From Paramoeba atlantica (lineage: Eukaryota > Protista > Discosea): DNA of 64,000 bases. How positions within the stretch are numbered: position 1 is the first letter of the stretch; each line of letters begins with the position of its first letter. Positions 21,573-34,022 of this stretch are shown piece by piece. The notes beneath the pieces are model-generated. The model ran no database searches. It saw only the letters and a list, made by a program, of their open reading frames with translations, and had not been told where the DNA came from. The translations under genes were made by a program, and so were the position numbers. The DNA is taken from positions 186,001 through 250,000 of the forward strand of contig CDRNVI010000047.1 of the NCBI GenBank assembly GCA_977017575.1, read 5' to 3'.

Positions 21573-23243
21573 ATGCCAAAATATACCGCAGTGGGGTGCA
21601 AGCCCCCGGTCCATACGACGGCTACACACTCTTTCGGTACCCTCTTCGCATACTCCAGAGCAACACAAGCCACAAGCACGACAGGGGCCGAGGCGAAAAT
21701 CTCCTTTCCTCTACGTACCTCCGTCGCGAGAGCCTCCTCCAAGTACCTCCCCTACCAGCCTTTCCACCGGTATAATCCCAACACAGCACGGATGGAAACT
21801 CCAAAGAGCTACACGGAGGCGTGTGAGGGACACCCCATGATGTACCGTCACCAAGGGATTGTACGACACGCCGTGTCGTCGTCACACAAGGACGGTACCC
21901 GTGCTGCTCCCCCGGGGGGTCTCACCTACGAGGCCCCATTGTACGACCACCCCCGGGAGATCCCTCCGCGGGAGCTCTCGCACCATCACCTTAACACCAT
22001 GTACTGCATCTCCAACGATGACCTCCGGGGTTACTTCCCCGAGGGGGTGGGGGGGAGACTCGCTCAGCTGTTCGTCCCCGGCCACCCCCGGGGGTTTCTC
22101 TACCGCAAGCAGTCCCACGCGCTGAGGCTGTACGTCGAGAAGGTGGCGCAGAGGAAACCCGAGGTGGCGCGTATGCTCCGAGGGGGGCGCGCCGGGATTG
22201 TGCTGGACGGTCCCACGGGGGTGGGGAAGAGTGCGTTGCTCGCCCAGGCCACGCATTACGCCCGGGCCCATGACGTGCTGACGCTGTACATTCCGGACGC
22301 CGCGGTGTGGTCGCATGGGGAGTACGCCTGGCCTAGCCTCACCCTTCCGGGGTTTTTTGATGTCCCGGATGCCTCACGCCCGATGCTGCAGTACTTTGCT
22401 CGAGCGCATGGGAGTGTGCTGCGTCAGTGTGTGCTTCAAGTCACTCCGCGGGACTTACCACTGGAACGAGGGGAGTCCCCGGTGCGGTGCTTGTATGATT
22501 TGTGTATATGGGGGTGTCACGGAAGTGCCCCAGGCTCCATTGAGAGGCAAAGTATAGCAACGAAATATCTAGTGGATGAGATTCGGGCAATCCGGGATCG
22601 CCCGGTGCTGATTATTGTGGACGGAATTAACTTGCTGGCCATGGACAGTCATTTTCGTTATCCTCATCCGGATTTTCTTCGAAACATTACCAATTTTGAA
22701 GAAGATCGTACAGATATTGACATTTACGTAAAGGAAATGCCGCGAATTCCATGTAGCCGCCTTGCCTTTGTGCGAGGTTTGAACAAACTCACCATGGAGA
22801 TCGCGGAAGGACAGTTGCCGAATCACTCGATTCTAGCCTGTACTACGTACTGGAGAAAACCCAACCGGCACGCTTTGGCATTCAGCGAACGTACCAAAGA
22901 CCGTCGATTTACTGCCCTCGACGAGTATACCCCTTTCCACGTGCACCAAGACACTCTACTTCACCCCATGACTGTAGACCGTTTCGATGAATATGAATAC
23001 CGTGCATTCCTTCGCTTTCTGGTAAACTCTGGGGAGCTCTCGGGGATGGGATGGGGTCCACTGTGGCACCACAGTAGTGATTTCGAACGCAAACTGTATA
23101 AAATTGAGTTCATGTCCGATAGAGTCCCGCAAAGGGTAGTGGAGCACTACCACCAGGAATTTCTATGGGTGTTGGAATACTCCCGGTTACGGCAGAAACA
23201 ATCTCTTACACATGCCAGTGTTTCTTCTAATAATACAACGTAA
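21573..23243 (+). CDS. DAP3: Mitochondrial ribosomal protein mS29 / DAP3
   Basis: P-loop VLDGPTGVGKSALLAQATHYA, YIPDA..W and Walker B PVLIIVDGIN, typical of the DAP3 family. Confidence 0.8.
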   Translation: MPKYTAVGCKPPVHTTATHSFGTLFAYSRATQATSTTGAEAKISFPLRTSVARASSKYLPYQPFHRYNPNTARMETPKSYTEACEGHPMMYRHQGIVRHAVSSSHKDGTRAAPPGGLTYEAPLYDHPREIPPRELSHHHLNTMYCISNDDLRGYFPEGVGGRLAQLFVPGHPRGFLYRKQSHALRLYVEKVAQRKPEVARMLRGGRAGIVLDGPTGVGKSALLAQATHYARAHDVLTLYIPDAAVWSHGEYAWPSLTLPGFFDVPDASRPMLQYFARAHGSVLRQCVLQVTPRDLPLERGESPVRCLYDLCIWGCHGSAPGSIERQSIATKYLVDEIRAIRDRPVLIIVDGINLLAMDSHFRYPHPDFLRNITNFEEDRTDIDIYVKEMPRIPCSRLAFVRGLNKLTMEIAEGQLPNHSILACTTYWRKPNRHALAFSERTKDRRFTALDEYTPFHVHQDTLLHPMTVDRFDEYEYRAFLRFLVNSGELSGMGWGPLWHHSSDFERKLYKIEFMSDRVPQRVVEHYHQEFLWVLEYSRLRQKQSLTHASVSSNNTT

Positions 23244-23549
23244 TAAAGCGATTACATGGAATACATACAGAAACATGCATGTACATGTATGTTGGACCTT
23301 TCTGCTGTATTTCCTTTGTGGCATTCGAGCACAATTGAATAGTGTTCAATTCGATCCCTCTCTTCATCAATTTTCATAAGTGTTTCATTCAGTTGACCTT
23401 TGGGTCTCCCTTGTGAGCATCTCTATTTTAGCGTTTTTGATATTGCATTTTTAGCATTTTTATATAAACGAAAAAAATGCTATTGTTTGTAAACTTTCTG
23501 CTACTTTTCTGATACATTTTCTTCTTTTGGACATTCTCTTCTTTTGCAC

Positions 23550-25250
23550 ATGTCTTGTATATTACAAGCTCGTGATGATCAGCCGCCTCCTACAAAGCGT
23601 CGGAAGCAGCACATAGACACCCCAAGCAGCAGTGATGTTCAGCGTCAATCGGGCCATCCTGGAAAGATACGTGGTACCATTCTCCCCCAAGAATATGAAC
23701 TGGAAAGACTTGTTGCCGAAATATTGAACAAGCATTCATCCTGGACGGTAGCCACACTTTCGTGTAAGTGGGAAGGGGTGGCTTGCAATGGGCAAGGAGA
23801 AGTGACGGAACTAACTTTTGACGCTGAATTAGAACTTGGCTTCAACGGAGAATTTACAGGTCCATTGCATTTAGAGTATCTTCCCAGAACCGTTTTACGA
23901 GTATCTGCCTCGGCAAACTGCTTTTCTGGGTCCGATATTTCAAGCAATTTGCCTCCTGACCTCAAGCAACTTGATCTTGGCTACAATGAATTTTCTGGTA
24001 CTATAAACTTTTCTCACTTTCCATCAACGTTGAGCGTTATTATTCTGGACAGCAACCACTTTGAAGGCGGCGTAGATTTGGGTAGCCTTCCAGCGGATCT
24101 AAACATATTGAAAATAAGCGGAAATTCTTTTTCAGGCGAAATTAATTTGTGTGATTTGCCGAAACGTTTAATAGATTTAGATATAAGTTCCAACGAGTTC
24201 ACAGGCTGTACAGTTCTTCATTCGCCGAGAATTCCGCATATGATCTATTCAACCGACGATCAGTCCGAGCTCGGCTTGGACCTTCGTTCACTTCCGGGTC
24301 ACATGGAAGTATTTGATGCCTCGTGCAACAAATTTTCGGGGAAATTACTCCTCAACAATTTGCCAAGCACTCTTGAACGTCTTTTAGTTCAGGAGAACTC
24401 CCTCACAGGGACATTAGATCTGAAGTATTTATATGTGGCAGACGGACTGGAGGACGTTAATTTTTCAGACAATCGATTTAATGGACCTCTCACACTCAAT
24501 ACACTTCCTGAAGGTCTTGAATCATTTAGAGCGACGAATAACACGTTTACAGGAGGTTTGAGTCTAGACCATTTGCCCGCTGGACTGTACGACTTGGATG
24601 TCAGCGAAAATGCATTTACCGGAGCGTGAATTTTGAGGCATTTACCAGATTATATTGGAGAGATCAATCTATACTGCAACAATTTCACAGGAGACGTCGA
24701 TCTTCGTTATCTTCCTGGTGCACTCACGCGTCTCATATTGGGTGACAATAATTTATCTGGCTCATTGGATCTCGGTGAGGTACCCGGCGAATTAAATGCG
24801 CTCGATATTAGCAAAAATAAGTTTTCTGGTTCGCTAAATTTGGGAAAAATAACAACGTCGGAGATACGGCATTTACGAATAAAACACAATAATTTTGAAG
24901 GGAATCTTGACCTCAGTGCGTTGCCGAAAGATTGCATCGAATTCGACGCCAGCCATAATGAATTTTCGGGGGATATCCTGTTAGAAGGTATACCGGCAAC
25001 GCTTCACAGTCTAGACCTGAGTCATAATCACTTTACTGGTGTTCCTGATCTTTCAGACATACCCGACTGTATATCCGACCGTCTTTGCAAGATTATGGCA
25101 AACGATAACTGTTTAGAGGGAAACATCCAGCTGAATTTGCAATCTACTCCTGGTTTGGTTGTCTCGTTAAGCAATAATCCGGGGCTGCACGGGACCGCGA
25201 AGGGAAGGCAACTTAGCATTGAACAAACTCATATCGTAAGGTTTGAATGA
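23550..25250 (+). pseudogene. LRR family protein 2 (long; in-frame TGA at 24627-29)
   Basis: GKIRGTILPQEYELERLV leader and CKWEGVAC cap. The LRRs continue in the same frame after the stop (FTGA*ILRHLP). Confidence 0.8.
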
Positions 25251-25308
25251 CTGAAGAAAGGGAGATCAAAAAGGAAGATTTCTGTGCCAATTTTTTTACC
25301 CAAACATA

Positions 25309-27000
25309 CAGGGGGGGTGCAGATACTGTGACCCCCCCCTTTAATATGGACAGGGGGTATCCCCCCCCTTTATTATGGACAAATCCGACCGGGCGCCGCG
25401 GAGCGGCGCCAATTTTTTTTCCCACTTTTTCGTTTTTTAGGGCATCTGTAGCTAGCTAATTTCGTCAGCTTTCAAATCACACAAAGGAGAAAAGGGGACG
25501 AACTGAGCTTAATTAACCCCGGCTCACGAAAAGTGACCCCCCACTTTGTTGTACTTTGCAGATCTCATCAAGAGAATTTTGTGCGCCCAGGACGGGATAA
25601 AACAAAGAACAATGAGCTTGTTTAGATTACTATTACTGTGCCCCCCCCACTTATTTGTAGCAGTAGTAGTAACATTGAATTGCTTAATTTAGAAGTAATT
25701 AAATGCAATAGTACGTATTGCCCAGTAACATTGATATATTATCGCCCAGTAACATTGAATGCACGCCCTGTTTATTCTTGTTTTTTTTTTCAGAAATCAT
25801 GAGGAACCCATTGCTTGCTAATATTCCAACGAATCTTCGGGGCGCACGTTGAAATGCTCGCTCATACGCTCTTTGAATTTTATGATGTTATCATGATATG
25901 ACTCAGATGCATATCCGACAAAAGTATCGTACATCACGCACCCTTGGATATACAAAAAACAAGAATGAAATGATATGCGCAGTAGATGCGAAAATGGTCG
26001 TGCTACGCGATAGCTGTCGTGGAAACTTATCTTGTCCAAGAATGAAAGAAATCATGGCCCCCTTGCGTTAGTTAGTTTAACTCGTTAAACTCCTTATCCG
26101 GCTCGTCAGACCACATCCCCCACAGCTCCAACCCTTGTTTCCGAATCTTTCCCTCCACCATCTGCGTGGGCTCGTTGGGCTCGTCTTTCCGACGAAAAAC
26201 CGCACGCACTCTTACCACTGGCCGTTCGCCTGTCGCAATCATCAATTTTTTTTCTAACGACTGTACACAACTGATTTAAAGATTGGGTGGGCAACGGCTC
26301 GGTAGGCGCGAGGTCGTCTGCCCCTGGTGTTAAACTTCGAGAATTCCGCAAGGATCCTTGCCCGCTCTCGTGGCCATGCATTTTACAGTTTAGATATTTT
26401 TTGCCGTATTATGAGAAAACATGGAATTTTTTTTCCACACCCTTTTCATCACCCCCCCCCCTTTATTATGGACAAAAGCTGAAAAAGTGTCCATAATAAA
26501 GGGGGGGGGCCACAGTAAATCTGGGGGGGTCTAAAATTTGTAAAACTTGGCCAATTTTAAAAAATACCGTATACCCCCCAGTGAGGTACCACCCCCAGTA
26601 AGAGAGATTTGGCCCTTTTTGTGCTGACCCCAAGTAAGAGAGATTTGACCCAGGAGCCCCACAGGAGGCGTATAGGGCGTAGGGGGTGAGTGTCCGGATG
26701 TCGGGAGCCTCGGCGGTAACCCAAATAAGCGTTTTAACACGTTTTCAGAAGAAAAAATAGAAACGAATTGTCAAAAAAGTTGGGAGAAAAGAGAAAACTG
26801 ACCAGAAAAGCATACCCCCCAGTAAGAGAGATTTAGGTGGCATCTCCCTTTTTTCCCCCAATTTTAAAAAAGGTAAGGCTCGAAACAGCAGGAAACGATC
26901 TATTTTCTACCAGAGGGAAAGCCGTCCAATGCGCTATCATTTTCTAATATTGGTCAAGTTTTACAACTTTTAGACCCCCCAAGATTTAGCTGCACCCCCA
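25309..27000. mobile_element. Non-autonomous CAGGGG-family element whose left TIR is interrupted by a MITE
   Basis: Removing 25326-26515 and one TA restores CAGGGGGGGTGCAGATAAATCTGGGGGGGTCTAAAA, the inverted match of the end at ~26960-27000. Confidence 0.7.
25326..26515. mobile_element. CTGTG-terminus TIR element
   Basis: TIR CTGTG(A/G)CCCCCCCCTTTA(A/T)TATGGACA, TA at 25324-25 and 26516-17. Confidence 0.75.
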
Positions 27001-27970
27001 TTTTCTATTTTTCCGACGAGCACAAAACACTGCACCCCCACTTAATTGTCATAGCCCCCTCCCCCCTAATTAATTGTCCTTCTTGATAAGGGCTTGAGCA
27101 GGAGACGCCCGATTTTTCCTTTTTACTGCCCGATGTTACTGGTGGCATCCCAAAAAAGGTCAAATCCTTGTTACTGGGAGGTCTATTACAATTGGGGGGA
27201 TCGACGGTAATTTTATAAGGTTTTACGTTTTCGAACGCCTACTTGTGTAAAGGAACACAATTTTCTGCCTATTGTAATATTACATAATCTTTTCTAGGCT
27301 CTTCGTTAAACGCAGTGGTTGTTTTCAACTTAGAAGTCACTCATGCTGCGCGCTTCGCGTTGAAAACTACCACCGCGTTTAACGAAGAGCCTAAAAAATA
27401 AAATTTGGTCTGGAAAGCTGAAGAAAACGGAAAGGTTGTAGCCAAAAATAGCCGATTTTCGGGAAAAAATGGGGTCAATTTTGGGTATTTTTGCTCTCAG
27501 AGCACTAAATCCGACATTTGCGCGTGGGAAATCACTCGTAGGCATGAATGAAAGCCTGCCGAACGTATTGCGTGGGGAATACGACTCCAATCACACCATT
27601 CTTTAGACACAAAAAAGGCCCTTTGGGGCCGAAAAATACTTTTTCACCTTTTTTAGTCAAAAATGAGTCATTTTGAGGGGCGCACCAAGTCTCGAAGAAG
27701 GGATACCTTGCGAAAACAACTGCGTAGAAAGCTAGTATAGGTCCCAAACTCTCACAATACAATAGGGGAAACGATTTTGGAAAAATATTTTTTTTGCCAA
27801 GTTGAATTTTTTTTCAAAAAAAGAATCCGAAAAAATCCGAACCTGGCGAACCCGTCCTGCGGATACGCGGGGGGGTCACCCCCAGGTAGGGGGGTGGAAA
27901 ATGCGCGCCAAGACCCCGGCTACCCCTTCCGAGAGTTTTTTTCGAAAAATATTTTTTTCAAAAAAAATTG

Positions 27971-30900
27971 CAGAGGTCCGTAAAACTACAAAAATGTTAG
28001 TTCCGCCATAGTGACAGCAACTATTGGGTTGAAGAGTCACTAGTGAGTTCTCTATTGAGTTGCACGTATCTGGATTGCTAAAACTCAATAGTGACTGAAG
28101 TGTGTTTCTATTATTGAGTCTGAACTTAATAGTTCCTATGAAACTTGTGTACTATTGAGTCTGAACTTCATACCTAATTTTTTTGTAGTCCAATAATTTT
28201 TTTTGATTTCGTCAAAATCGTTTTCCCAGAAGCGATTTCTAGTACATGTTTGAGAGTTTAAAGCCTCAGCTATTGTACCCTGACTGTTCAAGATGATCAC
28301 TTTACAAGCAAAACTATTGAACCTTCCTGGTACTCTAAAAATCATTTCTAGATTTCTGATTATTTAAGTCATGTCTTGTGAAACGGACCTACTGAACGTC
28401 ATCCAAACAATGGCCAAGGAAAAGAAGCAACTTACGGGAAGCATCAAAAAGCTAGAAACACAAATTGAGGAAATGGAAAAAAGGAACAACGAACTTTCAA
28501 CCACCCTTTCGCGTGTAGTAGCCGAAAATTCGGAGCTTTGTCGGTTCGCTTCTCGCCCAGAAGAAACCACACACGAACGAACAGAAGTGACAAAATATTG
28601 GACGCATTTGCTCGAAACAGGAATGTCTTCACATCAAGTCACGGCATTCGAAGGGCGTACGAAGAATTAAAAACAAAAACTACATGTACTTCCCTTTGGT
28701 TCTTTTCTCCGGAGCCTAGGAGTTCATTGGAAACGTTTTTTACCTTGCCATGGATCATATGGGCGCCCATGCGCCAAGGCGAAAAAGAAAACCTACACTG
28801 TCTTCATTGCAAAGAGCGATTGACTTTCATGAAGCTTTCTCCTGTGCGTCGGATTTTTGATCTTTCGACACCAATGTACTATTTTTGTGAAGTGTATCAA
28901 TGTCGTAGCACTGAGTGTCGTAAGGTAATATCAAGTGATGAAAAGAGCTTAATTTCCAGCCTATCCCACAAGGCACGAAATTCCTTTCCTATTATTAAAA
29001 CTGAGAAATTGGGGATGACTAGACGACTTTCAACGGCCATTATGGCAATAGGAACTAGTGGTTCTAATATGAGTGAATTTCAAGGTATTCTGCAAGAAGT
29101 GTATGCCGTCGATTACCATCAGCGGACGTTGCAGTATCTGAGTAATAAGCGCGATGAAAGACACATTTTTGAATTAAAGCACACGGAAAAATTTGGATTT
29201 CGCTGGGATCCTAATTGCGTGGAAGCGATTTCAAATCGAATTTCACAAGAATGGATGACTCCATCAGTGGATCATTTTCAGGATGTTTTGATTTCATTAC
29301 TCCAGCAGCGCCAGGTGGAGTGTGACAACTATATGTCCGAGCTGACTGGTACAGTGCTTGCAATGGATCATACTTTCGAGACCGCAAAGTGCATTCGACT
29401 GCGTGGGGAAGCACCGTTTCGTTCTCACTTTGTTGTTCACAATGAAATTGGTGAGATTTTGGCTGCCGTATACACTCGAAATGAAAGTTTTGACACTTTG
29501 CACAATGTTCTTTCAAACATAGCATCACGTCCAGGAAGCAAAGCAATGGTTATATATGCTGACAACTGTTGCACAGTACGTTCTAAAATACAACGCCACT
29601 TTCCATCTGCACATATTAAATGCGATTTATGGCATTGGCTGCACCGTTTCGCAGCTGTTATCCCACGCACTTCAGCATCAAATCGGCAGAAAATGTTTTA
29701 CACCGAGCTTTGCCGATCTGTAGTAGAGCCTCTTACTATCGCTTTGTCAAAAAAGGAACATCTTGATGCGCATGAGAAAGTTATTCCACGTCCGGCAAAA
29801 TTGCTTTCTAAAATGGAACTCCTGAAGGAAAAATATTCGGACATCTTTACATGGAACCCCAAGTTAGCTTCTCTCTGGCCGTACGCAATAGCCCACATCG
29901 AGCGGGACTGCCTCAGTGGCCCTACAGATGTGAATTTGACGCGCGTGGATAAGAATATGGTGTATCGTTCCAGCCGAGGAACCAACATTTGTGAAAGTTT
30001 TCATTCTCGTTTGAAAGCTAAAGTGAAGCTTCGCGCGCGTAGCTCAGCAGAAACTGTAGACGCGCTGACAAGGAGCTTTATTTATCGAAGTAATGTGAAA
30101 TGTGCTGTGAGATTCAAATCAGCGCCGGATATGATGTGTTTCGACGCTCTGTTGTTTCGAACCTTGAAAGAAACCTTCTCTTCTCTCTTCCTGGGGGCGG
30201 ACGATGCAAGATTATGTAATAGTCCTTTTGCACTTCTCCCTGTGGCGAAACAACTAACGACTCATGAACTGTTCTTCACACAATATGTTCACCCTGTTCA
30301 ATCTGGGGATGGATATGCACTTATCCCACATTCCTTGTCTGACAATCAGCTGAGTAATGTTCGCAGCTGGGCGCAAAATAAGTTTGGTTGCGAGCCCGTA
30401 TTTCTTGGCAAAGACGATGTGGAATTTAACTTCGCACTTTCGGCTACACCAACTAAGCACGAGGAAAAGGTGCGTTTCCTAGGTGGAGAGTGCACTGCAG
30501 CGTCAATGATGAGCACACTTGAATACTTGTGTGCGGGAGATCCCTGTATTCTGCGGTGCGATACATCGCGGGTGGACAAAGATACGACGTTCGAACGAGT
30601 TCTTGAACACTTGAGCAAGCCCGAGAACGACGTCGAGGAAGTTATAACCAAGGTTTCACACGGGCAATTATTTCTTCCCCTAGTTCGCTCTCTTGCCAAT
30701 GTCATTTCAAGCACTGTACTCGTTTTGCACGAGCTTTCACACGTACCATATCTAGTGGTTCCTTTCGATTCCGTATCACCAACTCCGCAGAGGCACAGAA
30801 TATGCGGTGTTTGCGTACTTGATATCCCTGGTGCAGGAATATTTAAAACTTTTGATACAGATTTTGATGTAGGTTTGGGGGCGCACGAGGAGATCATAAT

Positions 30901-32965
30901 GGTTGATGACTTACCTGTACAACATTTTACCGCGACAGGAAATAGCAACGCATGTCACCTGGCAACACATTTACATGCTCCAAGAATTGATCCTCGCCAA
31001 AGAAACGTGATCGTGAAATTCAATCCCCTTGAAGTGCGCTTGCTCCTGCAATGTGTCATCGATGAAGTGCGCGACAAATCTTCGAGGCACATACCTTGGC
31101 CGAAAGTTTTATCAAGATTCAGCTCCGTGGTCAAAGAAAATGAGGACCAGTATAGATTTCCTCGAGATTTTAATCAGTTACTGGTTGCGTATCAGAACAG
31201 ACTTTGCTACAAGGAATGCGCGGAGGACGTGAAGTCGCATGATGAGATAATGGGCGAGCTTCGCGCAAAAGAGGATGCTAGAAAAAAGAGAGGACGTAAA
31301 TGTCCGAATAGAGATTCGCGAATAGAAGTAGACGGCTTTGAGAATGCGGAAAATGTTCCTCTGTAATCCGTTGAGGCAAAGGAGAATTCGCTTTTTAAGA
31401 AACATTTCGTAAAAACAGTAGTTAAAGGAATACGTAAAGGATAAATTAAAGATTAGGTTCCTAATTTTGTCTTCATAGGTTAAAAAATACGCACGACTCT
31501 GCACCTTCATCAACGCTACACCTCCTCCCTGACTGATCTCCCCCCCCCCCTGAGTTTTCCCTCTTTTTCGGTTTTTGACGTTAAGTCAAAGGGTTGAATT
31601 TCCTCTCTTTGACGTATACCCCATTTTCAGTTTTATGCATAAAAAACGTAAAGTTAGTCACTACTCAGTAAAGTTGGCACTTACTAAAAAACTTAATATA
31701 ACATGTCCTTCCTTTAAGTGCAATCGCAAAAATCATGAATGTCTTCAAAAATTATTAGTAGCACGTCGTTGTCGTTCACCTTTCTGTTGCAATTCCAACT
31801 TTATGTTGCACTTCTCGGCTAAAGAGCATACCAGTTGAGATTTCTTCTCCACCTTTCCCCCCAGAACACTCCTCTCGCGCTTTTATGCTTTCACCCATTC
31901 CCGTCGGTGAACCACATTTTCCTGACCTTCCACCTATCTTCATCCTTCACTTTCATGACCTTCCATCTATGAAATAATGGATTTTTGCTACACCCCACCG
32001 AACTCAATACATAAATCAATACACTTGAACTGTAACCTCTTCTGCCGGCGGAAGTGCCACAAAAATTATTTTATAGTACTATTATAGTACTATAAACTTT
32101 AAAACACTATATATAAAAACTATATTTTTTTAATATTTTTCTTAGTAAATTTTTTCTGAAATTATTGCTTGAAATGCCGACTCGACGCAATTTCTTTTTG
32201 TCACTCCCGTTTTCTTGAAAGATTTCTCACTATTTTTCTCATCATTATGCCCAACAAGCGTCGTGGTCAAGCTCAAATCGTTTTTTCACACTTCGTTGAA
32301 GTCGATGGGGAAGTCGACGTACTTTAATTTCAGATGTGTTCCAGCCCAGACGCCTTGTCTTCTTAGGTCGCCTTTCCTGCCGAAGTATAATGTGTAAATG
32401 TGAAATAGCGGGTAAGTGATTCTTCAAATTTCTTTAAAATATTATGAATTTTGCAGATATTGAATCTTGCAGGCTCTGCGGTGTGTTTTTGTGTTTTATC
32501 TTGCCGTTGAATCCGCCACGTCTAGGATCCAACGAGTGATGTAACGGGAACTCGTTGAAGGATAACTGTAATGCGTTTTGCACGCTACAAGGAAAGAGCA
32601 TTATGGGAAGAACTTGTTGTGAGCTATAGGATCCCGTCTTTTTCCATTTCTGACAAAAACTACTACTCTTTTCACTTTTTTCTACGCGTCAGCGTATCCA
32701 TACCACTTGCTCCACCTAACATCACGTGACCCCTCTAAGCCTCTACACCTCCATCGGCTCTCTCCTGCCCCGCGAAATTCCTCCAGGCCCATCGACCGAT
32801 CTGTCTACCGCGCGCCTTTCTGGACATGAAACACTGATAAACACCATATAGTTTTTATAGTACTATACATGTATAGTGTTTATAGTACTATAAACGAGGT
32901 TTATAGTACTATAAGTTTTCTTGAAACACTATAAACTATCTATAAATAGTTTTAGGGACCTCTGA
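27971..32965 (+). mobile_element. ~5-kb DNA transposon, short TIRs, probable 8-bp TSD, unclassified DDE transposase
   Basis: TIR CAGAGGTCC(G/C)TAAAA (14/15). Flanks AAAAATTG / AAAATTTG versus a single AAAATTTG in uninterrupted Rep-A. Subterminal repeats at both ends. Confidence 0.8.
28371..31366 (+). CDS. DUF6729-like DDE transposase (MULE/hAT/P/Kolobok-type D(2)H motif), -1 frameshift near 28560-28600
   Basis: Cys cluster WAP..CLHC..VRRIFDL..YQC..C..FP..TEK, then MDHTF, IYADNCC, CDLWH and RGTNICESFH. C-terminal Myb/SANT-like segment. The coiled-coil N-terminus is in the adjacent frame. Confidence 0.7.
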
Positions 32966-33243
32966 AAATTTGCTCGACCATGACCCCCCCCTGGACGCCC
33001 CCCATGGACCCCCCATTTTTTTCAATTTTCTTTTTCAATTTTGGACCACCGAAGCCCCCTTTTATATTTTTTTCTTCTATTATATTAATGTGTTCCTCTT
33101 TATATTTTCACTGTTTTTTTTCACTTTTTTTTCAAAAATCGAGGGTAGAGCGGTAGTTATACAACCACCGCAATGACTACAGGTTAAAACGAATATTAAG
33201 AAAAAAATATGTAAACTTTAATTGGGTAGGCATACGCTTCCGA

Positions 33244-33915
33244 ATGGATGTTCATTTCTCTCGAATGGGTAAAACACGTCACGTGAGTTTCTCACCCGAA
33301 TTTTCTCTCTCGCGGCTCGTACAACCATTACAGAACACGCCTCGCAGTTGGGTCTCCAATATTGATGTTTGCAAATGGCGGGGTGTGGATTGCGAAGGAG
33401 GTCATGTCCTCCATCTCTCATGGGCAAACCTAGGACTGCGTGGGGAGTTTAATCTACGTTTTCTTCCGTCAACTATATTGAGTTTTGATGTTTCGTCGAA
33501 TCAGCTCCAAGGTTCTTTTAAGGCGGAAGATGTGCCTACTAGTGTTACCAAAATTTGGTATTCAAAAAATCAACTACAAGATTGTGTCCATCTGCCATTT
33601 TTACATTCGGGTATGGTAAAGCTTTCGCTTGTTTCTAACCGTCTGTACGGTACGTTAAATTTGTTTGAACTTCCGACTGCACTCGAAGTGCTTCTCCTTT
33701 CAAAGAACAAATTTTCTGGTGTCGTCAATCTTACTTCCCTTCCGCATGGTTTGAGGAGCCTGTATCTTAATGAGAATCAATTGCATGGAGCGCTGGATGT
33801 TCGAACTCTTCCCCCTTCAATCAGAGTTATCAATGTCGCCGGAAATCGGTTCTCGGAATTTCTTCCTGAGTTGTCACCAGCTTGCGTGGTACGAGGCGAG
33901 CAGTATCAGAACTAA
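33244..33915 (+). CDS. LRR family protein 3
   Basis: GKTRHVSFSPEFSLSRLV leader, CKWRGVDC cap and LRRs. Confidence 0.85.
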   Translation: MDVHFSRMGKTRHVSFSPEFSLSRLVQPLQNTPRSWVSNIDVCKWRGVDCEGGHVLHLSWANLGLRGEFNLRFLPSTILSFDVSSNQLQGSFKAEDVPTSVTKIWYSKNQLQDCVHLPFLHSGMVKLSLVSNRLYGTLNLFELPTALEVLLLSKNKFSGVVNLTSLPHGLRSLYLNENQLHGALDVRTLPPSIRVINVAGNRFSEFLPELSPACVVRGEQYQN

Positions 33916-34022
33916 GGTTGTAGAAATCAACTTTTCAATTTCAGTTTTGCTTCAAATTTTAGTTTTGCTCGGATCGGTTCAATTAAAGTTTTTTTATCTT
34001 GCGGAATTATAAACGAATATTA

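Larger units (their letters stand above)
27295..33174 (+). repeat. Rep-A copy 3 split by a 5-kb transposon
   Basis: Rep-A runs 27295-27970, then resumes at 32966 (AAAATTTGCTCGACCATG) to the 3' hairpin at ~33150-33171. Confidence 0.85.
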
